Shown one piece after another: positions 56,433 to 64,000 of a stretch of 64,000 bases of DNA. Origin of the DNA: an uncultured Gammaproteobacteria bacterium (GTDB taxonomy: Bacteria; Pseudomonadota; Gammaproteobacteria; Steroidobacterales; Steroidobacteraceae); contig CAWDQL010000011.1 of NCBI GenBank assembly GCA_963804465.1, positions 3,884 through 67,883 of the forward strand, written 5' to 3'. The notes beneath the pieces were generated by a model. That model saw only the letters and a program-made list of their open reading frames with translations, did not search any database and had not been told where the DNA came from. The position numbers and the translations under genes were made by a program. Each line of letters starts with the position of its first letter. The stretch's first letter is position 1.

Positions 56433-56939
56433 CTACGACACGTTCGCCGCCGATGCCAGGATCGTGTGGATCAGCTTGGTTTTGCTGTCCACGCCGACGT
56501 GCGCCTTCATCCCGAAGTACCACTGCTTGCCCTTCGCCACCTGGTGCATCTCAGGATCGCGCTTGCCGTCCTTGTTCTTGGTCGAGCTCGGCGCGCCGAT
56601 AATCGTCGCGTCCACGATAGTGCCGTTGGAGATCTTGATGCCGCTGCGGTGCAGGTGCTCGTTCACCGCGCGCAGCAGCGTCTTACCGAGCTTGTTCCTC
56701 TCGAGCAGGTGCCGGAACTTGCAGATCGTCGTCTCGTCGGGCGCACCTTCCGCCCCCAGGTCGATGCCCACAAAGCTACGCATCGCCGCCGAGTCGTACA
56801 GTTCTTCCTCCACCGCCGGGTCCGAGAGGTTGAACCACAGCTGCAGGAAGTAGATCCGCAGCATCCGCTCCAGCGGTATCGGCGGCCGGCCGCCTTGCTC
56901 GCCAATCTTCGGATACACCGTCGCCACCGCCGCGGTCAC
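56433..56939 (-). mobile_element. IS5-family transposase gene fragment (both ends missing)
   Basis: RPPIPLERMLRIYFLQLWFNLSDPAVEEELYDSAAMRSF...TICKFRHLLE...GTIVDATIIGAPSSTKNKDGKRDPEMHQVAKGKQWYFGMKAHVGVD...AANV is colinear with the IS5 InsH central region. It stops before the rest of the DDE domain. I found no inverted repeats. Confidence 0.8.
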
Positions 56940-57078
56940 TAATTGCAGCGAATGGCAATGGCGGGGGCGAGCGACGGTGTCCCGCGCACCGTATAGCTGT
57001 GCCGTTGGCTATCATCGTGCGCTGGCGCACGCAGGCGAATAAATTCGATGTCACGAGACGCGGAGTTGGACCCTGGCA

Positions 57079-58416
57079 GTGAACAGTAGTCAGCCCACCG
57101 CTCGCAATGCCGCGCAGCTGATCCTCATCGTCGGCGGTGGAGCGGGCGGCTTGGAGCTCGCCACCAGGCTCGGCAACAAATGTGGCAAACGCGGCACGGC
57201 GCAGATCGAGCTGATCGACAAGAGCCGCACACACCTGTGGAAGCCGCTGCTGCATGAGGTTGCTGCCGGAAGCATGGATCTGGGCGTGCACGAGCTCAGT
57301 TATCTGGCTCAGTCGTACTGGCATCACTTCCGCTTCCGCCTTGGAGAGATGATCGGCCTCGACAGACAAAGGCACGAGGTGCAGGTGGCGGCCGTCGTCG
57401 ATGAGGAGGGGAACGAGATCACATCGCAGCGTGTATTCCATTACGACACGCTGGTGATCGCAATCGGCAGTCTCACTAACGATTTCGGCACTCCCGGCGT
57501 CAAGGAACATGCGATCGCCCTTGAGACATCGAGCGAGGCAACGCGCTTTCATCGGCGCCTTGTCAACGCCCTTATGCGCGCACACGCGCAGCCAGAACCG
57601 CTTCGGCCAGAGCAGTTGCAGGTTGCGATCATCGGTGCGGGGGCCACCGGCGTCGAGCTCGCCGCCGAGCTGCACAACACGACACGCGAACTGGTGGCGT
57701 ACGGCCTCGACCGAATCGATCCGGACCGGGACATCAAGCTCAACGTTATCGAGGCGGCTGATCGGATCCTGCCAGCATTGCCAAAGCGTCTTTCTGATGC
57801 TGCCACCAAGCTCCTTCAGAGCAAGGGTGTACGGGTGCGAACGTCGGCGCGTGTCGCCGAGGTGTTGCCGAACGGAGTCAGACTCGCGAGTGGGGAAATC
57901 ATTCCGGCGGAATTGGTCGTATGGGCAGCCGGCGTGAAGGCTCCGGATTTCCTCAAGGACCTGGACGGACTCGAGACAAACCGCGCGAACCAATTGGTCG
58001 TGAGGCAGACGCTCCAGACAACGCGGGACGAGAACATCTTCGCCATCGGCGACTGCGCCGCCTGCCCCTGGCCAGGGAAGGATGCGAACGTGCCGCCCCG
58101 CGCGCAGGCCGCGCATCAGCAGGCGACCTACATGGCCAGACGGATCGCAAACCGATTTGACGGTAAACCACTGCCGCCTTACCGCTACCGCGACTTCGGG
58201 TCCCTGGTCTCGCTGGGCGAGTACACCACCGTGGGCAACCTGATGGGATGGCTGGTTGGCGGCAACATGGTGATCGAGGGTTACATCGCCCGGTTGATGT
58301 ACGTCTCACTCTACAAAATGCATGAGCTGGCAGTACACGGTTACGCGAAGGTGGCGCTCGACACCCTCGCGCGGCTCATCACCCGGCGTACTGAGCCGCA
58401 TGTGAAGCTACATTGA
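57079..58416 (+). CDS. ndh: Type II NADH:quinone oxidoreductase (NDH-2)
   Basis: 445 aa with two Rossmann motifs (ILIVGGGAGGLELA, VAIIGAGATGVELAAEL), IFAIGDCAA and a C-terminal amphipathic region. Confidence 0.85.
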   Translation: MNSSQPTARNAAQLILIVGGGAGGLELATRLGNKCGKRGTAQIELIDKSRTHLWKPLLHEVAAGSMDLGVHELSYLAQSYWHHFRFRLGEMIGLDRQRHEVQVAAVVDEEGNEITSQRVFHYDTLVIAIGSLTNDFGTPGVKEHAIALETSSEATRFHRRLVNALMRAHAQPEPLRPEQLQVAIIGAGATGVELAAELHNTTRELVAYGLDRIDPDRDIKLNVIEAADRILPALPKRLSDAATKLLQSKGVRVRTSARVAEVLPNGVRLASGEIIPAELVVWAAGVKAPDFLKDLDGLETNRANQLVVRQTLQTTRDENIFAIGDCAACPWPGKDANVPPRAQAAHQQATYMARRIANRFDGKPLPPYRYRDFGSLVSLGEYTTVGNLMGWLVGGNMVIEGYIARLMYVSLYKMHELAVHGYAKVALDTLARLITRRTEPHVKLH

Positions 58417-58452
58417 GAATCGATAGAAGGATTAGTGTGTAAGTATTTGAAA

Positions 58453-58527
58453 TGGCTCCCCGGGTAGGAATCGAACCTACGACCAACGGATTAACAGTCC
58501 GATGCTCTACCGCTGAGCTACCGGGGA
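58453..58527 (-). tRNA. tRNA-Asn (anticodon GUU)
   Basis: Minus strand reads TCCCCGG TA GCTC AGCGGTA GAGC A TCGGA CTGTTAA TCCGT TGGTC GTAGG TTCGATT CCTAC CCGGGGA G CCA. 75 nt, full cloverleaf, encoded CCA. Confidence 0.9.
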
Positions 58528-58580
58528 ACCGGGAGGGACTAGCGAAGGGCGCGGATTCTCCGGTACCGGCCTCCGCGACG

Positions 58581-59001
58581 TCAAGGAATGGGCTTCACGA
58601 AGCGCGACCGCCGGGTTCGGCCTGAGATCTCCTGGTTCCGCCGGCGCCAGCGCCGCAGCAAGCCGCCGTACGCCACGAGGTTGAGGGTGAGTAGCAGGGC
58701 GGCGGAGCACCCACTGGATGTTCCAGGTCAGTCCGGGTGGATAGAGCACCCGCACCAGGTAGTGAGCGAGGAAGCCCTCGCTGTAGCCGGCTTCGCCGGC
58801 AAGCAGCCGCCAGTGGTTCTCGAGCGGGGTCAGCGGGCAGATCGAGTGCGAGACCTCGACCCAGCCGCCCCAGACGAGCGCCGGCAGATGGAAGAGCGCG
58901 ATCCAGCGCCAGCGCCACGTCAGAAATCCACCAAAGACGACGAAACTCGTGAACGCGAAGTGCACCACGACCAGGGCATCGGCGAGCGCGGACCAGAGCA
59001 T
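58581..59001 (-). pseudogene. DUF2784-family membrane protein gene with an apparent frameshift near 58715
   Basis: MLWSALADALVVVHFAFTSFVVFGGFL...HLPALVWGGWVEVSHSICPLTPLENHWRLLAGEAGYSEGFLAHYL is DUF2784-like. After ..TWNIQWV the expected hydrophobic end SAALLLTLNLVAYGGLLRRWRRRNQ..KPIP* is in another frame, with its stop at 58581-83. The uncorrected ORF 58507..59001 would run into tRNA-Asn. Confidence 0.55.
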
Positions 59002-59046
59002 GGGTCGCGACGGCGCTGTCCTGCCCAGCCGGCGGGCGGCGCACCC

Positions 59047-60246
59047 TCAGGCGATCTCGGCGACGACGCGCGTCACGAGGAAACGCGCGATGCGGTCCAG
59101 GGCTTTCTCGAGCGTCTGCATGCTGCAGGCGAAGGAGAGGCGGACGTGCCCCGGGGCGCCGAAGCCCGAGCCCGGGACTACTGCGACCCCGGCGTCGTTG
59201 AGCAGCATCTCAGCGAACTCGTTGTCGTCGCGGCAGCCGAGCGAGGCAATCGCGCGCGACACCTCGGCGAAGGCATAGAACGTCCCTTCGCCGGGCAGGC
59301 AGCTCACACCGGGGACGGAATTCAGCGCCCGCACCACGAAGTCCCGGCGCTCCTTGAAGGCCTGGTTCATTTTGACAACGCAGGTCTGATCGCCGTTGAG
59401 CGCCGCCACCGCAGCCTTCTGCGAGATGCTGGAGGGATTGGACGTCGACTGGCCCTGGATGGTGCTCATCGCGGCGATGATTTCCTTCGGCCCGCCGCAG
59501 TACCCGATGCGCCAGCCCGTCATCGCATACGCCTTGGAGACGCCGTTGATGGTCACGGTTCGCCCGTAGAGCTCGGGCACGGCGGTCACCAGGCTGCAGA
59601 AGGGCTCGGCCCCCCAATAGATCTTCTCGTACATGTCATCGGTGCCGATCACGATGCGCGGGTGCTCGAGCAGCACTTCGCCCAAGGCCCTGAGCTCGGC
59701 ACGCGAATAGGCGGCGCCGGTCGGGTTGCAGGGGCTATTGAGAATGACGAGCCGCGTCTTCGGCGTGATCGCCGCGGCGAGCTGGCGCGGGGTAACTTTA
59801 TAGCCCTGGGCGTAGCCTGCGAGCGGCATCACGGGCAGCCCGTCCGCGAGCAGCACCATGTCGGGGTAGGAGACCCAGTAGGGCGCCGGAATGACAGCCT
59901 CATCGCCCGGGTCGAGCACCGCCACGCAGAGGTTGTAGATCGTCTGCTTGGCACCGGACGACACCATGACCTGCCCGCGCTCGTAGCTGAGACCGTTGTC
60001 GCGCTGGAACTTGGCGATGATGGCGTCCTTCAGCTCATCGATCCCCTCGACGTGCGTGTAGCGCGTGAAGCCACCCTTGATGGCATCGATTCCCGCCTGC
60101 CCGATGTGGGCGGGGGTATCGAAATCCGGCTCGCCCGCCCCCAAACCTATGACGTCCTTGCCTTCCGCCTTGAGGCGCGCGGCGCGCGCGGTGACGGCGA
60201 GAGTGGGTGAGGGCTTGACGCGCTGGACGCGGCGGGAGACGGGCAA
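59047..60246 (-). CDS. Class-I PLP-dependent aminotransferase (aspartate aminotransferase type)
   Basis: 399 aa. GEPDFDTP, SNPSNPTG-like SPCNPTG and SKAYAMTGWRIGY (PLP lysine). Confidence 0.85.
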   Translation of the reverse strand: MPVSRRVQRVKPSPTLAVTARAARLKAEGKDVIGLGAGEPDFDTPAHIGQAGIDAIKGGFTRYTHVEGIDELKDAIIAKFQRDNGLSYERGQVMVSSGAKQTIYNLCVAVLDPGDEAVIPAPYWVSYPDMVLLADGLPVMPLAGYAQGYKVTPRQLAAAITPKTRLVILNSPCNPTGAAYSRAELRALGEVLLEHPRIVIGTDDMYEKIYWGAEPFCSLVTAVPELYGRTVTINGVSKAYAMTGWRIGYCGGPKEIIAAMSTIQGQSTSNPSSISQKAAVAALNGDQTCVVKMNQAFKERRDFVVRALNSVPGVSCLPGEGTFYAFAEVSRAIASLGCRDDNEFAEMLLNDAGVAVVPGSGFGAPGHVRLSFACSMQTLEKALDRIARFLVTRVVAEIA

Positions 60247-60373
60247 GGTCGCTCACTCCTTTGATAGGTGCTGCGAGCCGCTATATTAGGAGATTGGCTC
60301 CGCGTCGGCCATTACGGAGCAGACCGCGGATCGAGCACTTCCACCCACAGTAAGAGCACAGCACCAGACCTGT

Positions 60374-62410
60374 ATGGAAGCCAAGGAGCAGCGGCCCTTC
60401 AGACTCGAGGCGGATTTCGCGCCCGCGGGCGATCAGCCGCAGGCGATCGACAAGCTCGTCGAAGGCCTGAACGAGGGTCTTGCGCACCAGACGCTGCTCG
60501 GCGTGACGGGATCCGGCAAGACATTCGCAGCGGCCAGCGTCATTGAGCGCGTGCAGCGCCCGACGATGGTGCTCGCGCACAACAAGACGCTCGCGGCGCA
60601 GCTGTACGGTGAGTTTCGCGAGTTCTTCCCGCACAACGCCGTCGAGTACTTCGTCTCCTACTACGACTACTACCAGCCGGAAGCCTACGTGCCGTCCTCC
60701 GACACCTATATCGAGAAAGACGCCTCGGTGAATGAGCACATCGAGCAGATGCGTCTGTCCGCGACAAAGGCGCTGCTCGAGCGTCCTGACTCGATCATCG
60801 TCGCGACCGTCTCCTCGATCTACGGCCTGGGCGACCCGCAGGCCTATCTCGCGATGGTGCTGCATTTGAAACGCGGCGACCGGCTCGAGCAGCGCGCGCT
60901 GCTCAGGCGCCTCGCCGACATGCAGTACACGCGCAACGAGCTCGATCTCACGCAGGGGACCTATCGCGTACGCGGCGACGTCATCGACATCTTTCCCGCG
61001 GAATCCGAGCGCCAGGCGGTGCGGGTAGAGCTGTTCGACGACACGATCGACTCCATCACGCTGTTCGATCCACTGACCGGGGCGGTCGATCGCAAGGTGC
61101 CGCGTTTCACGGTCTACCCCGGCACCCACTACGTGACGCCGCGCGAGCGGCTGACCGGGGCGGTCGATCAGATCCGGGAGGACCTCGGGGTGCGGCTTAA
61201 GGAGCTGCGTGCGGCGGGAAGGCTGCTCGAGGCGCAGCGTCTGGAGCAGCGCACGCGCTTCGACATGGAGATGATCAAGGAGGTCGGCTACTGCGCCGGC
61301 ATCGAGAACTACTCGCGCTATCTCTCAGGCCGCGCGCCGGGAGAGCCGCCACCGTGCCTGTTCGATTATTTGCCAAAGAACTCACTCCTCGTGGTCGATG
61401 AGAGTCACCAGACGATCCCGCAGCTCGGCGCCATGTACCGCGGCGACCGCTCGCGCAAAGAGGTTCTGGTCGAGTATGGTTTCCGCCTGCCATCCGCGCT
61501 CGATAACCGTCCGCTCAAGTTCGAGGAGTGGGAGAGCCTCGCCCCGCAGATGATCTTCGTGTCCGCGACCCCGGGCGGATACGAGGCGAAGCACTCATCC
61601 CAGGTGGTCGAGCAGCTCGTTCGTCCGACGGGGCTCGTCGACCCGCAAGTCGAGGTGCGCCCTGTGGCGACCCAGGTGGACGACGTGCTGTCGGAGATCA
61701 GGAAGTGCGCCGAGCGCCGCGAGCGGGTGTTGATCACGACACTTACGAAGCGCATGGCGGAGGACCTGACCGACTATCTCTCCGAGCACGGCGTGCGTGT
61801 GCGGTACCTGCACGCCGACATCGAGACCGTCGAGCGGGTCGAGATCATCCGCGATCTGCGCCTTGGCAAATTCGACGTGCTGGTGGGGATCAACCTGCTG
61901 CGCGAGGGGCTCGACATGCCCGAGGTGGCCCTCGTTGCGATCCTGGACGCCGACAAGGAAGGCTTCCTGCGCTCGGACAATTCACTCATCCAGACGATCG
62001 GCCGCGCCGCGCGCAACATCAATGCGCGCGCGATCCTCTATGCGGACCGGGTGACCGGCTCCATGCAGCGGGCGATGGATGAGACCGATCGCCGGCGCAG
62101 GAGGCAGCTCGACTACAACGTGGCGCACGGCATCACTCCGCGCGGGATCGAGAAGCGGGTCACCGACATCATGGAGGGCGCGCGGAGTGAGGCACCGAGC
62201 CCGGGCGGCCGCCGCCGCGGCGAGAAGCCGCGCACGGCGGCGGATCTGCGCCCCGAGGCGCTGGTGAAGGAGATCAAGAAGCTCGAGGCCGAGATGTACC
62301 GCAAGGCGCGCAACCTCGAGTTCGAGGAGGCGGCGGGGCTGCGCGATGAGATCGCCAGGCTCAAGCAGCTCGAGCTCGGATTTCCCGCACCACCGGCCGA
62401 CCTGAGGTGA
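60374..62410 (+). CDS. uvrB: Excinuclease ABC subunit B
   Basis: 678 aa. GDQPQAI, Walker [18 protein letters not shown], helicase C motifs and a C-terminal UVR domain ([17 protein letters not shown]). Confidence 0.95.
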   Translation: MEAKEQRPFRLEADFAPAGDQPQAIDKLVEGLNEGLAHQTLLGVTGSGKTFAAASVIERVQRPTMVLAHNKTLAAQLYGEFREFFPHNAVEYFVSYYDYYQPEAYVPSSDTYIEKDASVNEHIEQMRLSATKALLERPDSIIVATVSSIYGLGDPQAYLAMVLHLKRGDRLEQRALLRRLADMQYTRNELDLTQGTYRVRGDVIDIFPAESERQAVRVELFDDTIDSITLFDPLTGAVDRKVPRFTVYPGTHYVTPRERLTGAVDQIREDLGVRLKELRAAGRLLEAQRLEQRTRFDMEMIKEVGYCAGIENYSRYLSGRAPGEPPPCLFDYLPKNSLLVVDESHQTIPQLGAMYRGDRSRKEVLVEYGFRLPSALDNRPLKFEEWESLAPQMIFVSATPGGYEAKHSSQVVEQLVRPTGLVDPQVEVRPVATQVDDVLSEIRKCAERRERVLITTLTKRMAEDLTDYLSEHGVRVRYLHADIETVERVEIIRDLRLGKFDVLVGINLLREGLDMPEVALVAILDADKEGFLRSDNSLIQTIGRAARNINARAILYADRVTGSMQRAMDETDRRRRRQLDYNVAHGITPRGIEKRVTDIMEGARSEAPSPGGRRRGEKPRTAADLRPEALVKEIKKLEAEMYRKARNLEFEEAAGLRDEIARLKQLELGFPAPPADLR

Positions 62411-62530
62411 GCTTGCGGTATGCAAAGCGCTTTGGGACGCCCTAAGTGCTTGGAAATCCAAGCTTTAGCTTGCGTGGATCCCATCTCTTCTTGTATCGTT
62501 CGCGCCCCTCGTTGGGTGCGATGCGTTTTC

Positions 62531-62605
62531 AGGCGCGTAGCTCAGTGGTAGAGCATCACCTTGACATGGTGGTGGTCGGTGGTTCGATCCCACTCGCGCC
62601 TACCA
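62531..62605 (+). tRNA. tRNA-Val (anticodon GAC)
   Basis: AGGCGCG TA GCTC AGTGGTA GAGC A TCACC TTGACAT GGTGG TGGTC GGTGG TTCGATC CCACT CGCGCCT A CCA. 75 nt cloverleaf. Confidence 0.9.
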
Positions 62606-62614
62606 GACAAAATG

Positions 62615-62661
62615 AAGGGGCGCTCCTTAAGGGTCGAGACCTCAAGGGAGCGCCCTTTTTT
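62615..62661 (+). terminator. Rho-independent terminator after tRNA-Val
   Basis: GGGGCGCTCC (62617-26) pairs with GGAGCGCCC (62647-55). A run of six T follows. Confidence 0.7.
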
Positions 62662-62709
62662 GCTGTCCCTTAAGATCGTCCGAGGACGCTGAGTTTCTCT
62701 GAGGACCCG

Positions 62710-64000
62710 ATGCCCGTCGTTACCTTGCCCGATGGCAGTCAGCGCCGCTTCGACCACCCGGTGAGGGTGGAAGAAGTCGCGGCCGGAATCGGCGCGGGAC
62801 TGGCGCGTGCGGCGCTCGCCGGGCGTGTCGACGGCAAGCTCGTCGACACCTCCTATGTCATCGACAGGGACGCGAACCTCGCCATCGTCACCGACAAGGA
62901 CCCGGCGGGGCTGGAGATCCTCAGGCACTCGACCGCGCACCTGCTGGCGCAGGCGGTGAAGGAGCTGTTCCCCGAGGCGCAGGTGACCATAGGTCCCGTG
63001 GTCGAGGACGGCTTCTACTACGACTTCGCCTTCAAGCGACCGTTCACGCCCGAGGATCTGGCGGCGATCGAGAAGAAGATGGCGCAGCTCGCGCAGGCGG
63101 ACGAGAAGGTCACGCGGCGCGTGATGCCGCGCGATGCGGCGGTGAAGTTCTTCCGCGACCAGGGCGAGGTCTACAAGGCCGAGATCATCGCCGGCATTCC
63201 CGACAAAGAGGACATCAGCCTCTACGGGCAGGGCAACTGGGTCGACCTGTGCCGCGGACCGCACGTGCCGTCCACGGGCAAGCTCAAGGCTTTCAAGCTC
63301 ACCAAGGTCGCGGGCGCTTATTGGCGCGGCGATTCGCGCAACGAGATGCTGCAGCGGATCTACGGCACCGCCTGGCCCGACAAGAAGCAGCTCGATGCCT
63401 ACCTCACCCGGCTCGAGGAGGCGGAGAAGCGCGATCACCGCCGGATCGGTAAGGAGCTCGATCTCTTCCACCTGCAGGAGGAGGCGCCGGGAGCCGTTTT
63501 CTGGCATCCGAAGGGCTGGACGGTATTCCAGTCGCTCATCCAGTACATGCGCGAGCGGCAAGCGGCCGCCGGCTACCAGGAGGTGAATGCGCCCGAGCTG
63601 ATGGACGCCTCACTCTGGCAGCAGTCGGGGCACCTTGAGAAGTTCGGTGAGAGCATGTATCTCACCAAGACCCCGGATGAGCGCATCTACGCCATCAAGC
63701 CGATGAATTGTCCCGGCCACGTGCAGATCTTCAAGCACGGACTGCGCAGCTACCGCGAGCTTCCGGTGCGCTTCGCCGAGTTTGGCAAGGTGCACCGCTA
63801 CGAGCCCTCGGGCGCGCTGCATGGACTCATGCGCGTGCGCGCTTTCACCCAGGACGACGGTCATGTGTTCGTGACCGAGGAGCAGATTACCTCTGAGTGC
63901 GTGGCGATCACGAGGCTGATCCTCGATATCTACCGCGACTTCGGCTTCGATGAGGTAGCGATCAAGTACGCCGACAGGCCGGCGAAGCGCATCGGCGACG
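62710..64000 (+). CDS. thrS: Threonyl-tRNA synthetase, 5' part (continues beyond the window)
   Basis: From the ATG at 62710, [28 protein letters not shown] (TGS domain), [46 protein letters not shown] and [12 protein letters not shown]. No stop before 64000, so it is absent from the ORF track. The antisense ORF 62542..63561 is a shadow. Confidence 0.9.
   Translation, partial: MPVVTLPDGSQRRFDHPVRVEEVAAGIGAGLARAALAGRVDGKLVDTSYVIDRDANLAIVTDKDPAGLEILRHSTAHLLAQAVKELFPEAQVTIGPVVEDGFYYDFAFKRPFTPEDLAAIEKKMAQLAQADEKVTRRVMPRDAAVKFFRDQGEVYKAEIIAGIPDKEDISLYGQGNWVDLCRGPHVPSTGKLKAFKLTKVAGAYWRGDSRNEMLQRIYGTAWPDKKQLDAYLTRLEEAEKRDHRRIGKELDLFHLQEEAPGAVFWHPKGWTVFQSLIQYMRERQAAAGYQEVNAPELMDASLWQQSGHLEKFGESMYLTKTPDERIYAIKPMNCPGHVQIFKHGLRSYRELPVRFAEFGKVHRYEPSGALHGLMRVRAFTQDDGHVFVTEEQITSECVAITRLILDIYRDFGFDEVAIKYADRPAKRIGD

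Noticed and set aside
57035-57057. GCAGGCGAATAAATTCG resembling the IS5 terminal repeat (GGTGCGAATAAG)
   Set aside because: Its orientation points away from the transposase fragment rather than inward, so it cannot be the cognate end.
58588-60210. 540-aa ORF on the plus strand
   Set aside because: It is antisense to the well-supported aminotransferase and DUF2784 genes. Composition is low-complexity Arg/Gly/Asp-rich, with no motifs.
60270-60300. AT-rich run followed by TTGGCTCCGCGTCGG upstream of uvrB, a possible fifth copy of the repeat family
   Set aside because: Only about 9 nt match the core and none of the downstream conserved blocks are present.
62542-63561. 339-aa ORF on the minus strand
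   Set aside because: It is antisense to thrS, which has clear TGS, editing and class-II synthetase motifs but is missing from the ORF track only because it has no stop in the window. The ORF also overlaps tRNA-Val.

Overview
High-GC (roughly 65%) proteobacterial chromosomal segment with about 60 genes. I saw no rRNA, CRISPR array, intact transposase, integrase or recognisable defence system. Coordinates not taken from the ORF track were counted by hand and may be off by 1-2 nt.

Layout:
- Left part (0-21 kb): secreted lytic transglycosylase, orphan LuxR-type response regulator, frameshifted AraC gene, small redox/haem proteins, an AcpA/PLC-like phosphoesterase, lctP-lutABC lactate utilisation, a DUF3300/DUF2950 secreted pair, an amidohydrolase, an IS3 scar, katG and a TIGR03118 lipoprotein.
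- 21.5-29.4 kb: one minus-strand unit of OmpR-type regulator, histidine kinase and a CusA/CzcA-like RND efflux system (adaptor, pump, outer-membrane factor).
- 29.73 kb: a 45-nt 3' half of a tRNA-Asn gene, a direct repeat (40/45 identical, with a compensatory T-stem change) of the 3' part of the intact tRNA-Asn(GUU) at 58.45 kb.
- The 28.7 kb between the two repeats: redox/detox genes, many gene remnants (TetR pieces, a deletion-derived EAL gene, a decayed HigBA pair, an IS5 fragment) and the most interesting module.
- Right end: housekeeping genes (aspartate aminotransferase, uvrB, tRNA-Val, thrS).

Most interesting module (43.1-53.6 kb): a tightly packed 10.5-kb cluster that begins with a Cyc2-like fused cytochrome-porin. 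It continues through a c4 cytochrome, a Tat-exported cupredoxin, a dihaem cytochrome, a cbb3 oxidase with a rearranged CcoO/CcoP, and the oxidase maturation genes.

Second notable signal: a four-copy family of roughly 170-230-nt intergenic elements, all in the same orientation. Each begins with the exact reverse complement of the last 13 nt of tRNA-Asn and carries positionally conserved hairpins whose sequences differ between copies.
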